Origin: Abditibacteriaceae bacterium
GTDB lineage: Bacteria > Armatimonadota > Abditibacteriia > Abditibacteriales > Abditibacteriaceae
Direction of reading: 5' to 3'
DNA: 64,000 bases
Assembly (NCBI GenBank): GCA_965277285.1
Contig: OZ255721.1
Span: 3,616,001-3,680,000, forward strand
Shown here: positions 49,654-58,687 of the stretch, piece after piece
How positions within the stretch are numbered: the stretch's first letter is position 1
Layout of the letters: every line of letters starts with the position of its first letter
Program-made: the position numbers and the translations under genes
Notes under the pieces: model-generated
Told to the model about the DNA's origin: nothing
The model's input: only the letters and a program-made list of their open reading frames with translations
The model's database searches: none

Positions 49654-50709
49654 ATGCACTCTCATCTCGATCATTTCATGCGCTATCTTGAAGACGCCAA
49701 AGGCGCGTCGCCCCACACTTTGCGTTCGTATTCCTCCGATTTGAATCAGTTCATTGCGTGGCTGGAAGCTGAAAAACTGGTGCCCGCCGATGCCGCGCCC
49801 GACACCGTCTCATATCTGATGATTCGGCGTTATTTGGGACATTTGACGCAAAAAGGCTACGAGCGCCGCAGTGTTTTGCGCAAATTGTCGAGCATCAAGG
49901 CGTGGTTCAAATGGATGGAACGCGAGGGCGCGGTCGTCAATAATCCGGCGGATGCCGTGCTTTCTCCCAAAAGTTCGCGCGACTTGCCCGACGTTTTGAC
50001 GATGAGCGAAGTCGAAGCGATGCTGGCATTGCCCAATTCGAGTACTGGATTTGGCGTTCGTGACCGCGCTTTAATGGAAACGCTTTATGCGACGGGTTTG
50101 CGCGTGGCCGAATGCGCCGCGATGACCTTGGGCGATGTCGATTGGCACATGGGCGAAGTGCGCGTCAAAGGCGGCAAAGGACAAAAAGAACGCATTGTTT
50201 TATTGGGACGACCCGCTGTAGCCGCCTTGAACCTTTACTTGAACGGAGCGCGTCCGCAATTGATGGCGCGGCGCCAGGACGAACTCGCGGCGACGGCGGA
50301 TGCGTTGTGGATCAACAGTCGCGGCACAAGGCTTTCGCCGCACGCGATTTATATTTTGGTTGTCGGATATGCTCGGCGCGCCGGAATTCATAAAAACGTG
50401 ACGCCGCATACATTGCGCCATTCCTGCGCCACGCATTTGCTGGAAGGGGGCGCTGATTTGCGCGTGGTGCAGGAAATTTTGGGACATACGTCGCTTTCGA
50501 GTACTCAAATTTATACGCACGTCGGCGCCTCGCATCTCAAAAAAGTTTATGCGCAAAGCCATCCGCGCGCCGCGCTTGAAAAATCAGCGAACACTTTGCC
50601 GCACCACGTTTTGCCGCACCACGTTTTGAATGAGGGTTCACCCGTTCCACCAACGACATATCCAACGACACCTTCAGCGACGCATGACGAAGATTTCAAT
50701 TCGTTTTAA
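49654..50709 (+). CDS. xerC: Tyrosine recombinase XerC
   Basis: SPHTLRSY.SDL, RDRALMETLYATGLRV.E, GKG.KER, HTLRHS.ATHLL..GADLR.VQE.LGH.SLS.TQIYTH; follows trmFO. Confidence 0.9.
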   Translation: MHSHLDHFMRYLEDAKGASPHTLRSYSSDLNQFIAWLEAEKLVPADAAPDTVSYLMIRRYLGHLTQKGYERRSVLRKLSSIKAWFKWMEREGAVVNNPADAVLSPKSSRDLPDVLTMSEVEAMLALPNSSTGFGVRDRALMETLYATGLRVAECAAMTLGDVDWHMGEVRVKGGKGQKERIVLLGRPAVAALNLYLNGARPQLMARRQDELAATADALWINSRGTRLSPHAIYILVVGYARRAGIHKNVTPHTLRHSCATHLLEGGADLRVVQEILGHTSLSSTQIYTHVGASHLKKVYAQSHPRAALEKSANTLPHHVLPHHVLNEGSPVPPTTYPTTPSATHDEDFNSF

Positions 50710-50747
50710 ATGGCGAAACGACGAAAGCTCAATGAAAGCCAAGAGCG

Positions 50748-50756
50748 TGCTATAAT
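50748..50756 (+). promoter_or_regulatory. Extended -10 element
   Basis: TGCTATAAT upstream of the GAF-PP2C gene. Confidence 0.55.
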
Positions 50757-50926
50757 GCGTTGATATAACTTCATAAACCGACTGAGAATATTGGGTGTAT
50801 GCGGGCAAAGCGGGAACAGTTGGCATCTTTGTGGTAAAGACAAAGTGCGGGTTCTCGGATGTCGTCGCGTTTCCGATGCTGCCAGTATTATTTCGCGTCG
50901 TTTTTCGAGTTGCTGTTTTCACTGTT

Positions 50927-53131
50927 ATGGCTCAGTTTTCTTCCTTGTTGGTATCGCTGGGATTGCTTGATCTGCTGTTTGCTTCAGCGGGTCTGCTGCT
51001 CACATACTTCGACTGGAGCGCGGCGCGGCGGCGCGAATTTCTTTATCTTTATCTCTCGGAAGACAAGCCGGGCGCCGGATATTTTTCGATGGCCCGTCGG
51101 CGTCGCGCGCAATATACGCGATTGTTGGTCGCGTTTTTCGTGCTTTTTTTTGCCGAGTTTTTGACGGTGAACTTGTTTTTTTCCAGCCGCGATGCCGCCA
51201 AGTTGGAAGTGTGGGTCGGCTGCTGGCATTTGTTGGGCCTGGCGTTGCTGGGACTGGGATTTCTCTACAATCCCGAATCGCGTCATAAAAACCGCGCCGA
51301 TGTTGCTTTCGCCGTGTTCCTTGGGTTCTGGGCGATTTATGTCTTGTTGTTGATGACAGGAGTGACGCGGCACTTTCAACAATTTACAGCGGTTGCATTG
51401 TATGGCGCGCGCGGTCTTTTGGTGCTGACGTTTATGCTGACGGCGTGGGCGCGGCGCGGCGCGGAATTGCCAGCGGGCTTGCTGCGCGTTTCTCCCAGTG
51501 GGCTGATGATCGCCTTTGGGGCGTGGGCTTTGGCGCCCGTGGTGGCTTTACTGGCGGGCAACAAGGATTTGCTACTGGTTTCCGAAGCGGCCACCTTGAT
51601 GTCGTATGCGCTTTTAGTGAGCGCCGTGGCGCGCAACACCTTGAGCGAATATGAAGCCATTGAAGGTTCGCGTCATCGTCTGGGGCGCGAACGCCAGGTC
51701 ATCTTCAGCTTTCTGCAGCGTATCGGCGCGGCCTTTACAACGGCGCTCGATCTGGATCAAGTACTCAAAATTATTCTTGAATCGGCGCTGGAAACGACCG
51801 AAGCTTCCGCCGGGTCGATCTATTTGTATGATGCGGAAACGAAAATTCTGGCGCCGCGCATCGTGCTAAATTTTTTTCCGCCGTTGCACGTCGATACGCC
51901 AGCCGCCAGTTCGGAACAGCGCACCGAAGAACTCGAAGCCGAAATGGTTGCGCAAAACTTTGCGCTTGGCGAAGGCGTGATCGGCCAAGTCGCCCAGGAA
52001 GGTCGCGCCCGCCTGATTCAAGATGTGCGCGCCGAACATATTATGCTGGGCACGACGACCGATTTTATGCGCAATCGCTCGATGCTTTTGGTGCCTCTCA
52101 AAGTGCGCGACGAGCCGCTGGGCGTGATGGCTGTTTTGAACAAGCAGCGCGGTTCGTTCAGCCTTGAAGACCAGTTTTCGTTGCAGGCATTGGCCGATCA
52201 GGGCGCGCTTTCCATCAACAACGCGGTCTTGACGATGGAAGTCGGAAAGCAAGAGCGCATTCGCCGCGAACTGCAAATCGCGCGCGATATTCAAAAAATG
52301 CTCCTGCCCGACAAGTGCCCGATTGTCAAAGGTTTCGACATCGCGGCGCGCGGCTCCAGCGCCACCGAAGTCGGCGGCGATTATTACGACTTTTTTTGGG
52401 TCGATGAAGACCGTTTGGGCATCGTCGTCGCCGATGTTTCGGGTAAAGGCGTTCCCGCCGCGCTCACTGTGGCGATGATGCGCAGCGTTTTTCGCACGCA
52501 GGCGACGGGCAATTGCGATGTGCGCGATGTCTTGTCGCGCGTCAACGCGTTTATGACTGGCGATATGCGCCGCGATATGTTCATTACGTGCATTTACGGC
52601 ATTTTACAGATTTCGACGCGCCAGTTTTCCTGGTCGCGCGCGGGACACGAGCCGCTTTTAGTGGCGCACGATTCGGGCGAAATCGATGTCTTGAAGCCGG
52701 AAGGTTTCGCGCTGGGTATCATCGATTCACCGGATTTCGATCAACTGCTGGATGTCCATACGATTGATTTGCAGTCGGGCGATCGCGTCCTGATTTTTAC
52801 CGACGGCCTGACCGAAGCGATGAACGCCAACGGCGAAGAGTTCGGCATGGAACGCATTTTGGGCATTCTGAAACACGACGACCCAATTTTCGCCGAAGTC
52901 GAACAACGCGCGCGCAATGGAAAACACCATGGCACAAACGCCGCTCAAGCTCTGGAAGACGAATTGAATGAAGAAACCGGCGCCACGAAAATTCACAAGC
53001 CGCCATGCGCTCCCGAACTGACATCAGAGGACCCGGACGATCTGAAATGGATGGAATTGGCCGTCGAAAGCCACGTCGGCGGTGCCCCTCAAAGCGACGA
53101 CCTGACCATTGTTTATTTCAGCGCAAAGTAA
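50927..53131 (+). CDS. Multi-TM sensor + GAF + PP2C (SpoIIE/RsbU-type) phosphatase
   Basis: About 7 TM helices; GAF (GEGVIGQVA..SMLLVPL..LGVMAVLNK); EVGGDYYDF, ADVSGKGVPAAL, RAGH, FTDGL.EA, SDDLT. Confidence 0.92.
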   Translation: MAQFSSLLVSLGLLDLLFASAGLLLTYFDWSAARRREFLYLYLSEDKPGAGYFSMARRRRAQYTRLLVAFFVLFFAEFLTVNLFFSSRDAAKLEVWVGCWHLLGLALLGLGFLYNPESRHKNRADVAFAVFLGFWAIYVLLLMTGVTRHFQQFTAVALYGARGLLVLTFMLTAWARRGAELPAGLLRVSPSGLMIAFGAWALAPVVALLAGNKDLLLVSEAATLMSYALLVSAVARNTLSEYEAIEGSRHRLGRERQVIFSFLQRIGAAFTTALDLDQVLKIILESALETTEASAGSIYLYDAETKILAPRIVLNFFPPLHVDTPAASSEQRTEELEAEMVAQNFALGEGVIGQVAQEGRARLIQDVRAEHIMLGTTTDFMRNRSMLLVPLKVRDEPLGVMAVLNKQRGSFSLEDQFSLQALADQGALSINNAVLTMEVGKQERIRRELQIARDIQKMLLPDKCPIVKGFDIAARGSSATEVGGDYYDFFWVDEDRLGIVVADVSGKGVPAALTVAMMRSVFRTQATGNCDVRDVLSRVNAFMTGDMRRDMFITCIYGILQISTRQFSWSRAGHEPLLVAHDSGEIDVLKPEGFALGIIDSPDFDQLLDVHTIDLQSGDRVLIFTDGLTEAMNANGEEFGMERILGILKHDDPIFAEVEQRARNGKHHGTNAAQALEDELNEETGATKIHKPPCAPELTSEDPDDLKWMELAVESHVGGAPQSDDLTIVYFSAK

Positions 53132-53149
53132 GAATGTGGAAAAGCCGAA

Positions 53150-53185
53150 AGCGCACTATCAAGTACTCGATAGTGCGCTCTTTTT
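53150..53185 (+). terminator. Intrinsic terminator with a palindrome variant at its apex
   Basis: AGCGCACTATC-AAGTACTC-GATAGTGCGCT then CTTTTT. Confidence 0.8.
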
Positions 53186-53271
53186 ATGTATTCATAAACT
53201 GATTTCACTTGTTGCTGAAAGAGGTCTATAAGCAATTCGGTGCAGAGGCTTATTGCGTTATGTTGGAAAAT

Positions 53272-53745
53272 TCAAGGGTTGTCTAAATCTTCCTCGAACT
53301 GGGTTGTGAGTACTTGTCGATCATCGTCTCGCGGACGAAGTCCGATGCGATAATAGAGCGCTTTCGCCGCAGTGTTGGCAGGGCTAACCTCAACATGAAG
53401 CGCGAGGACTTTTCGCTGTTTGCACTCAGCAAAAAGTGCTTCTAATACAGCTTGTGCCAAACCTCGTTTACGATAGCTTGAACGAATGAACAAGTCATCA
53501 ATGAAGGCATCAAGTCCACCATATTCCATGCTGAAGCGCACAGTGAGTACGGTGTATCCGGCTGGTTTGTCGTCGCAAAAAACAATCCATGACGCACCAT
53601 GAACTTCATTGCCAAGAAGTGCGGTGAAGCTTTCAGTCGCCCATCAGTGATCGAGCGAATGAGCGGCTTCAGAGTAAAACTCCTGCATCATTTCAACGAG
53701 AAGAGCAATATCTTTTGTATTGGCTCTTCGGACTGAGATAGGCAT
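53272..53745 (-). pseudogene. GNAT acetyltransferase interrupted by an in-frame TGA
   Basis: ATG 53745 MPISVRRANTKDIALLVEMMQEFY..LDH*WATESF..FSMEYGGLDAFIDDLFIRSSYRKRGLA..LHVEV...N..A..LY; TGA at 53644-53646. Confidence 0.8.
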
Positions 53746-53833
53746 AAATAGAAAGTATCGAGTGTGACCAATCCGCCGCACAATGTTAATATCACAGCAG
53801 CGCAACGATAATGCGTAAGAGGCTCATCTGGTT

Positions 53834-54811
53834 TTATCCAGAATCGGGCTGTCCTCCACTTGCGCGGTTAGACTTTCGAGTACTCGATTTCTTCGCTTTC
53901 GTTTCGATTGACACGTTTTGGCACGTCGGGCAAAAGTAGATGATGCGGGATTTTTCGTCGTCCTCGATGATGCGCGTAACCTGGCGCTTCTGGCGAATGG
54001 TGTCGCCGCAGAAAAGACATGGCAAGTTAGTGCGGCGAAACGCCAGGTGGCGCGTGCCGTATTCGCGTCCCGCAGCGTAAACCATGTTGTCGTTGGTGCG
54101 CATTCGTTCGCGTTGTTCGTCATCGGCTGTCGCACCGTTGTTTTCATAAGCGTAAGAAGCGATGCGCGGAATTTCTCGAACCAGGCAATCGAGTTCGTCG
54201 CGCGGAAGTTCGGCGATGCGCGCGAACGGATTGATCTTGCACAACAGCAAAATTTCGGCGCGCAGATAGTTGCCGATTCCAGCGCAAACTGTTTGGTCGA
54301 GCAGGGCAGCGCCAATTTCTCGCGCGCCGTCTTCGCTTTTTTCGCTCGACAACAAGCGTTTCAGAAACTCGTGTTCGTCGAAGGCGCCGTCGTCTTCATA
54401 CGGCAAAATATCGGGGCCGAGATGACGCAGATATTCGACATCGCGGAACGGCTGACCGTGACCGATTTCAAAAACCGGCGCTGACATCAAAACCGCGTGA
54501 TGATCGTTGGTCGTGATGCGCGCTCGTTCGCGGCGGTCACGTTCGAGTACTCGATGAACGTTTTCGACGATCTGCCAACGTCCCCACATCATCAAATGCG
54601 AGTAGAAATAAAAGCCGCCTTCAATCTGTGCGACCAGGTTTTTGCCATGCGCTCGCACGCGCGACACTTTGCGCCCGACCAACTCATCGGGATGTTCCAG
54701 CAGCCACGCTTTAGCGGCTTTGGTGCGCGCGCCGATTTCGACGATGGCGCGCCCTTCCAAAACCTGCGCGAGTTGAACGGCATAACGCCGCACTTCAGGG
54801 CCTTCGGGCAT
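53834..54811 (-). CDS. nei: Fpg/Nei family DNA glycosylase (endonuclease VIII-like)
   Basis: N-terminal MPEG, GKNL, HLMMWGRW, LGPD, LLDQ...AGIGNYLRAE, CLFCG..FCPTCQ zinc finger. Confidence 0.88.
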   Translation of the reverse strand: MPEGPEVRRYAVQLAQVLEGRAIVEIGARTKAAKAWLLEHPDELVGRKVSRVRAHGKNLVAQIEGGFYFYSHLMMWGRWQIVENVHRVLERDRRERARITTNDHHAVLMSAPVFEIGHGQPFRDVEYLRHLGPDILPYEDDGAFDEHEFLKRLLSSEKSEDGAREIGAALLDQTVCAGIGNYLRAEILLLCKINPFARIAELPRDELDCLVREIPRIASYAYENNGATADDEQRERMRTNDNMVYAAGREYGTRHLAFRRTNLPCLFCGDTIRQKRQVTRIIEDDEKSRIIYFCPTCQNVSIETKAKKSSTRKSNRASGGQPDSG

Positions 54812-54817
54812 AAAGAA

Positions 54818-54891
54818 AGTTCTCCGTTTTAAGTTCTCCGTTTTAAGTTGAGGCCGACTTAACTCAAAATTGAGAACTTAAAACGGAGAAC
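54818..54891. repeat. Short-period tandem repeats arranged as an inverted repeat
   Basis: AGTTCTCCGTTTTAAGTTCTCCGTTTTAAGTT ... AACTCAAAATTGAGAACTTAAAACGGAGAACT. Confidence 0.65.
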
Positions 54892-54894
54892 TGA

Positions 54895-55353
54895 TTAACG
54901 TTCTCCCGCCGAGTGACGACGCAAGTAATCTTCAAAGAAAGCGCGATACGGCGAGGTTTCGGAGGGTGCGAGATCGCCCATTTCTTTTCCGGTTTGAAGA
55001 GCTTGCGCGATTGACCAGCCGTGTTTGACCGCGAGATGCAACAGCGTCATCATGCTGGCGCGACCGGCGCTTTTGCAATGCACCAATGCGGGCGTGCCGT
55101 CCACGCTTTCCAAAGCCTGCGAAAAACGCGCGACGGCGGGATCGTCCAGCAAAGTCGGCGAAACCGGAATGGCGGCGTAATTCAAGGCGCGACTTTCAAC
55201 TTCGCGCTCTTCGTCAGGCAAAATGCCGGGTTCGTCTTCGGTGCGCAAATTGACGACGGTACGAAAACCTTTCTCCACCAGAGAATCCAAATCTTCGGTG
55301 GTCGGCTGGCCGGAAATCGAAATTTGTGCGTTGATCTGTCGAAAGTTGTCCAT
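54895..55353 (-). CDS. DUF442/Blh-like Cys-x5-Arg phosphatase or sulfurtransferase-like protein
   Basis: SGQP, GFRTVVNLR..DE, LVHCKSAGRA; AAGGAG RBS. Confidence 0.85.
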   Translation of the reverse strand: MDNFRQINAQISISGQPTTEDLDSLVEKGFRTVVNLRTEDEPGILPDEEREVESRALNYAAIPVSPTLLDDPAVARFSQALESVDGTPALVHCKSAGRASMMTLLHLAVKHGWSIAQALQTGKEMGDLAPSETSPYRAFFEDYLRRHSAGER

Positions 55354-55485
55354 GAAACTCCTTATCGAGTACTCGATTGTGTACGCGTGTGTGTGGGAAC
55401 GCATTGCAGTTTAGCGTGCTTCCTATGATAGAATAAGAGCGCCGAAAACAGTTCGTCGTTGGTAATTTTGTTCGTGGAGAAACCT

Positions 55486-57192
55486 GTGAAACATCGCTCT
55501 TCGGTTCGCCTGTTGGCTGTTCGCCCTTTCGTCGTTCGTCCTTTGGCCTGCGCCACTTTGTCTTTGGCGCTGGGACTGACGGCCATTGTCGCGCCGACCT
55601 TGGTACACGCGCAAGACACGTCCATGACATCGAACGCGGGCAGCAGCAACGCATCTGGCAGCAACGCAGCCGCCGCGCCAACACCCGATGCTTCCGGCCT
55701 TGATAGTACGGGAACCGTCGGCGCCGCGGGAATGACGGATTCAAGCGCCGCAACTCCCGCGCCAACACCTGATACATCTTCGATGACTTCGACCACGACC
55801 GATTCGACAACCGCCGATTCAACGGCAGTCGATTCGACAAATACAATAGCGTCAACTTCCACCACGACGACAAGTACCACAACGACGACAACCGCAACGA
55901 ACCAATCTAACGGCGGCGCGACTTCGATGACATCGGTTCCGATGGCTGCGTCACCGATGGCTTCGATGGACGCAACTGAAACCGATGTTCCCGAAATAGC
56001 GCCCGCCAATCCTGATCAAGTCGCGCGCGCCACGGGTTTCATCGCGCAGGCGATTTCGATTGCAGAAAGAAATCCAGAAGCTCTAATTTCGGTCGTGCGC
56101 CAATCGGCGTCGCTGATTCCGCGCACCGGAACGACATGGCGCGAAGGTTTGACTTCGCGCTGGTTGAACCTGGTGCAAAACCCGAATGTGCCGCGCAACG
56201 TTCGCTTGGACGCGTATGCGGCGTTTTTCGATGCCGCGACACAAGTCAATCGCTCGTATGCGCGCCGCGTCGCATTGCAAGTTCCCGATGCCGCGGGGCG
56301 CGTCGGCGCTTTGCTCGCGCTCAGTCAGGACAACGGCGCCAACTGGACGCGCAGCGTCAATTACGTCGATATGGCGCGCCGTGCTGCGAGTCGGGAAAGC
56401 GATCCGCAGCAGAAAGCGCGCGCCCTCACTTTTATCGCGGTGCGCCTGGCGTCGCTCAATCCCGAGACACGCGAAACCGCCGCTTACAGCGCATGGACGC
56501 AAGTCAATCGTTTGCCTTCATCCCGTTCGCGCGATTACTTGCTGGCCGAACTGACGGGCGCCGCCGCGCAATTCGATATGCCACTGGCGGGACGCATCGC
56601 AGGCGGAATCGGCAACGCCAGTTTGAAGAATCTGGCGCAGGCGCGCATCAACATGGCGGAATTATCGCAAACGTTGATTACCGGTTCCAGTACGGATCGC
56701 GTCGCAACTTTGGCAAAAGCCGCCGTGCGTTACGATGTGCGCGCCGTGCCGATTTTGATTCAATTGCCGCCGCAAGCCGATGTTTTGAAAGCCTTGTCCG
56801 ATTCGCTGCCACCAATTTACCCCAGCGCGCGTCCCGCTATTGACGTGAACCTTTTGGAACGCATGTGGGATTATTCGGGCAAAGCGCAGCCGAGCGTTCA
56901 GCGCGACGAATTGCAATCGCGCCTGGCGCGCCTGATGGTGACGCAAGACATCTGGCGCGGTCGAACGTGGGGCAAATCTCTGGCGTGGAAAGGCGGACGC
57001 ATTCAAGTCGGCGCCTTTATCAAAGCGGTTTTGCAATCGCGCCGCGCGCAAGTTCACGCGATGTCGCTACAAGATGTCGCCAAGCGCAATGTGGACGTGG
57101 CGATTCGCCAGGCGCAAACCTTGCCGCCCGTCGCACGCGCCGAAGCGTTGCTGTTGATTGCGGGACAATTGCTGGAAACTTCGACTTCGTAA
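55486..57192 (+). CDS. Exported protein with Ser/Thr-rich linker and helical-repeat C-terminal region
   Basis: GGAG RBS + GTG; signal peptide ending VHA; poly-T/S tract; Ala/Arg-rich helices. Confidence 0.75.
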   Translation: MKHRSSVRLLAVRPFVVRPLACATLSLALGLTAIVAPTLVHAQDTSMTSNAGSSNASGSNAAAAPTPDASGLDSTGTVGAAGMTDSSAATPAPTPDTSSMTSTTTDSTTADSTAVDSTNTIASTSTTTTSTTTTTTATNQSNGGATSMTSVPMAASPMASMDATETDVPEIAPANPDQVARATGFIAQAISIAERNPEALISVVRQSASLIPRTGTTWREGLTSRWLNLVQNPNVPRNVRLDAYAAFFDAATQVNRSYARRVALQVPDAAGRVGALLALSQDNGANWTRSVNYVDMARRAASRESDPQQKARALTFIAVRLASLNPETRETAAYSAWTQVNRLPSSRSRDYLLAELTGAAAQFDMPLAGRIAGGIGNASLKNLAQARINMAELSQTLITGSSTDRVATLAKAAVRYDVRAVPILIQLPPQADVLKALSDSLPPIYPSARPAIDVNLLERMWDYSGKAQPSVQRDELQSRLARLMVTQDIWRGRTWGKSLAWKGGRIQVGAFIKAVLQSRRAQVHAMSLQDVAKRNVDVAIRQAQTLPPVARAEALLLIAGQLLETSTS

Positions 57193-57209
57193 TGTGAAGT
57201 CATAAGAAA

Positions 57210-57247
57210 AGCGCCACCAATATCGAGTACTCGATATTGGTGGCGCT
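57210..57247. terminator. 38-bp perfect palindrome centred on TCGAGTACTCGA
   Basis: AGCGCCACCAATATCGAGTACTCGATATTGGTGGCGCT just after stop 57192. Confidence 0.7.
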
Positions 57248-57337
57248 GTCGATTTAACCTTGAATTCGTATTTACGACTTGAGAATCGAGTGTTTGACAT
57301 ACAACTGGCGGAGCCGCAGAAGCGTGGAGAAACTGTT

Positions 57338-57751
57338 ATGCGAAAGTTCTTACCGTTGATGCTTTTACTGCTCGTCGTGTCAACAGCCTGGCTTTCACGC
57401 ACCAATGAGGTGAAAAAAAACGTCGTCAAAAGGCAATCCATGCTGCGTGTCATTCAAAGAGATTTCTCGCCATCCGTCATGGCTGGCTGGAAAGATGACT
57501 CCGATAAATCGTGGCCGGTTGACGCGCACAAAACGCATGTGACGTTGGCAGATACGGGGAACTCGCTGGCAGAAAAATATACTGTCATCTCCATTGTGAA
57601 TCCGGAATATACACAGAAGCTGGCGACTGAAGATTTTGATACTTTTTTCGCTGGATCGAAATGGTTGGGCAACATAGAAAGTGCCGGATTTCAGAAAATC
57701 GTTTTTTCCAATGGCAAGCAAACGTGGGTATTTCCTGCCAGATTGCATTGA
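57338..57751 (+). CDS. Hypothetical exported protein (AT-richer)
   Basis: GGAG RBS, MRKFLPLMLLLLVVSTAW signal/anchor. Confidence 0.7.
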   Translation: MRKFLPLMLLLLVVSTAWLSRTNEVKKNVVKRQSMLRVIQRDFSPSVMAGWKDDSDKSWPVDAHKTHVTLADTGNSLAEKYTVISIVNPEYTQKLATEDFDTFFAGSKWLGNIESAGFQKIVFSNGKQTWVFPARLH

Positions 57752-57882
57752 AACAATTTGCTATCTACTGGCGCATTTTGCGACGAGGAAGGAAGTCAAA
57801 AACGTTTCGAGTACTCGATTGCGCTTCAGATTACTTTATTTTTGAGCACCTGAGCAAACCATCCTGAGAAGGCTTTTCGCGC

Positions 57883-58398
57883 ATGACAGAGAAAGTTGCA
57901 CGCCCAATTATTTGTCCGGTTTGTGGCGGTGAAAACGCGCACGACGCGGTTTTTTGCGCCAATCCCGCGTGTCATAAAGCTCTGGGCGATTTCAAATATG
58001 TGGCGGAAGAGTTGCGCGCTGAAATGCGCTGGCACGAAAGCGTGGCGGAACGCGTGACAGGTTTCATCGGCAAGCCGCATTTTCTGCTGGTGCATTGCAT
58101 CTGGCTCGTCGTGTGGGTGATTGTCAACACCGGCGTCGTGATGATGCTGCGTCGTTTCGATGCGTATCCGTTCGGTTTATTGTCATTACTGCTGGCGATT
58201 GAAGCAATCTTCCTGACTGGCTTTCTGCTCATCAGTCAGAACCGCCAAAACGCGCACTCGGACAAGCGCGCCGAACTCGATTACGAAGTGAATGTGCGCA
58301 CCTATCGAGAAATCGAAGACGTGAAAAACTCGCTGCACAATCTGGAAGAAAAGCTACAAACCCTCGAAACGTTGCTGCGCGAAAAAGATGGGCGCTGA
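57883..58398 (+). CDS. DUF1003 membrane protein with N-terminal double zinc ribbon
   Basis: CPVCG..N...AVFC..PAC; FDAYPFGLL.L.LAIEAIFL...LLISQNRQ....DYEVN. Confidence 0.88.
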   Translation: MTEKVARPIICPVCGGENAHDAVFCANPACHKALGDFKYVAEELRAEMRWHESVAERVTGFIGKPHFLLVHCIWLVVWVIVNTGVVMMLRRFDAYPFGLLSLLLAIEAIFLTGFLLISQNRQNAHSDKRAELDYEVNVRTYREIEDVKNSLHNLEEKLQTLETLLREKDGR

Positions 58399-58432
58399 GT
58401 TTGGAGACGGAACTGTCACGCAACGAACCCTG

Positions 58433-58590
58433 AGCGTCAATGTGGACGTTGCGATTCGCCAGGCGCAAACCTTGCCGGTCGCACCGCAGCGTTACTGTTG
58501 ATTGCGGGACAATTGCCGAAAACCTCGGCTTCGTGATTTGCCGTAGAAACACAAAGCGCCATGACATTGAGTACTCGATGTCATGGCGCT
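58433..58590 (+). repeat. Degenerate direct-repeat copy of the 3' end and hairpin of the 55486-57192 gene
   Basis: CAATGTGGACGTTGCGATTCGCCAGGCGCAAACCTTGCCG..TGTTGATTGCGGGACAATTG.. matches 57083-57247 with small deletions; ends in hairpin AGCGCCATGACATTGAGTACTCGATGTCATGGCGCT. Confidence 0.85.
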
Positions 58591-58687
58591 ATTTTATGGA
58601 TTCCAAAGATAACACAGCGTTCGGATTTGGATTGTAGAGGTTCCTGCAGATTTTCAAATGTCAGGTTGAACCTTGTTAAGGCTTTCG

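Noticed and set aside
50596..50627. 15-bp tandem duplication in the xerC tail (LPHHVLPHHVL) and a 14-bp repeat at 15227/15316
   Set aside because: Local slippage-type duplications in non-conserved sequence; no sign of function.
49654..50709. Tyrosine recombinase as a prophage, ICE or integron integrase
   Set aside because: Typical XerC motifs and trmFO-xerC synteny; no integron-specific insertion or mobile cargo visible.
53644..53646. In-frame TGA as selenocysteine or programmed readthrough
   Set aside because: Position is not a catalytic Cys site of GNATs and I see no SECIS-like hairpin; a nonsense mutation is simpler.
55620..55990. Ser/Thr-rich tract as a tandem DNA repeat or contingency locus
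   Set aside because: Low-complexity protein linker with varied codons, not an exact repeat.
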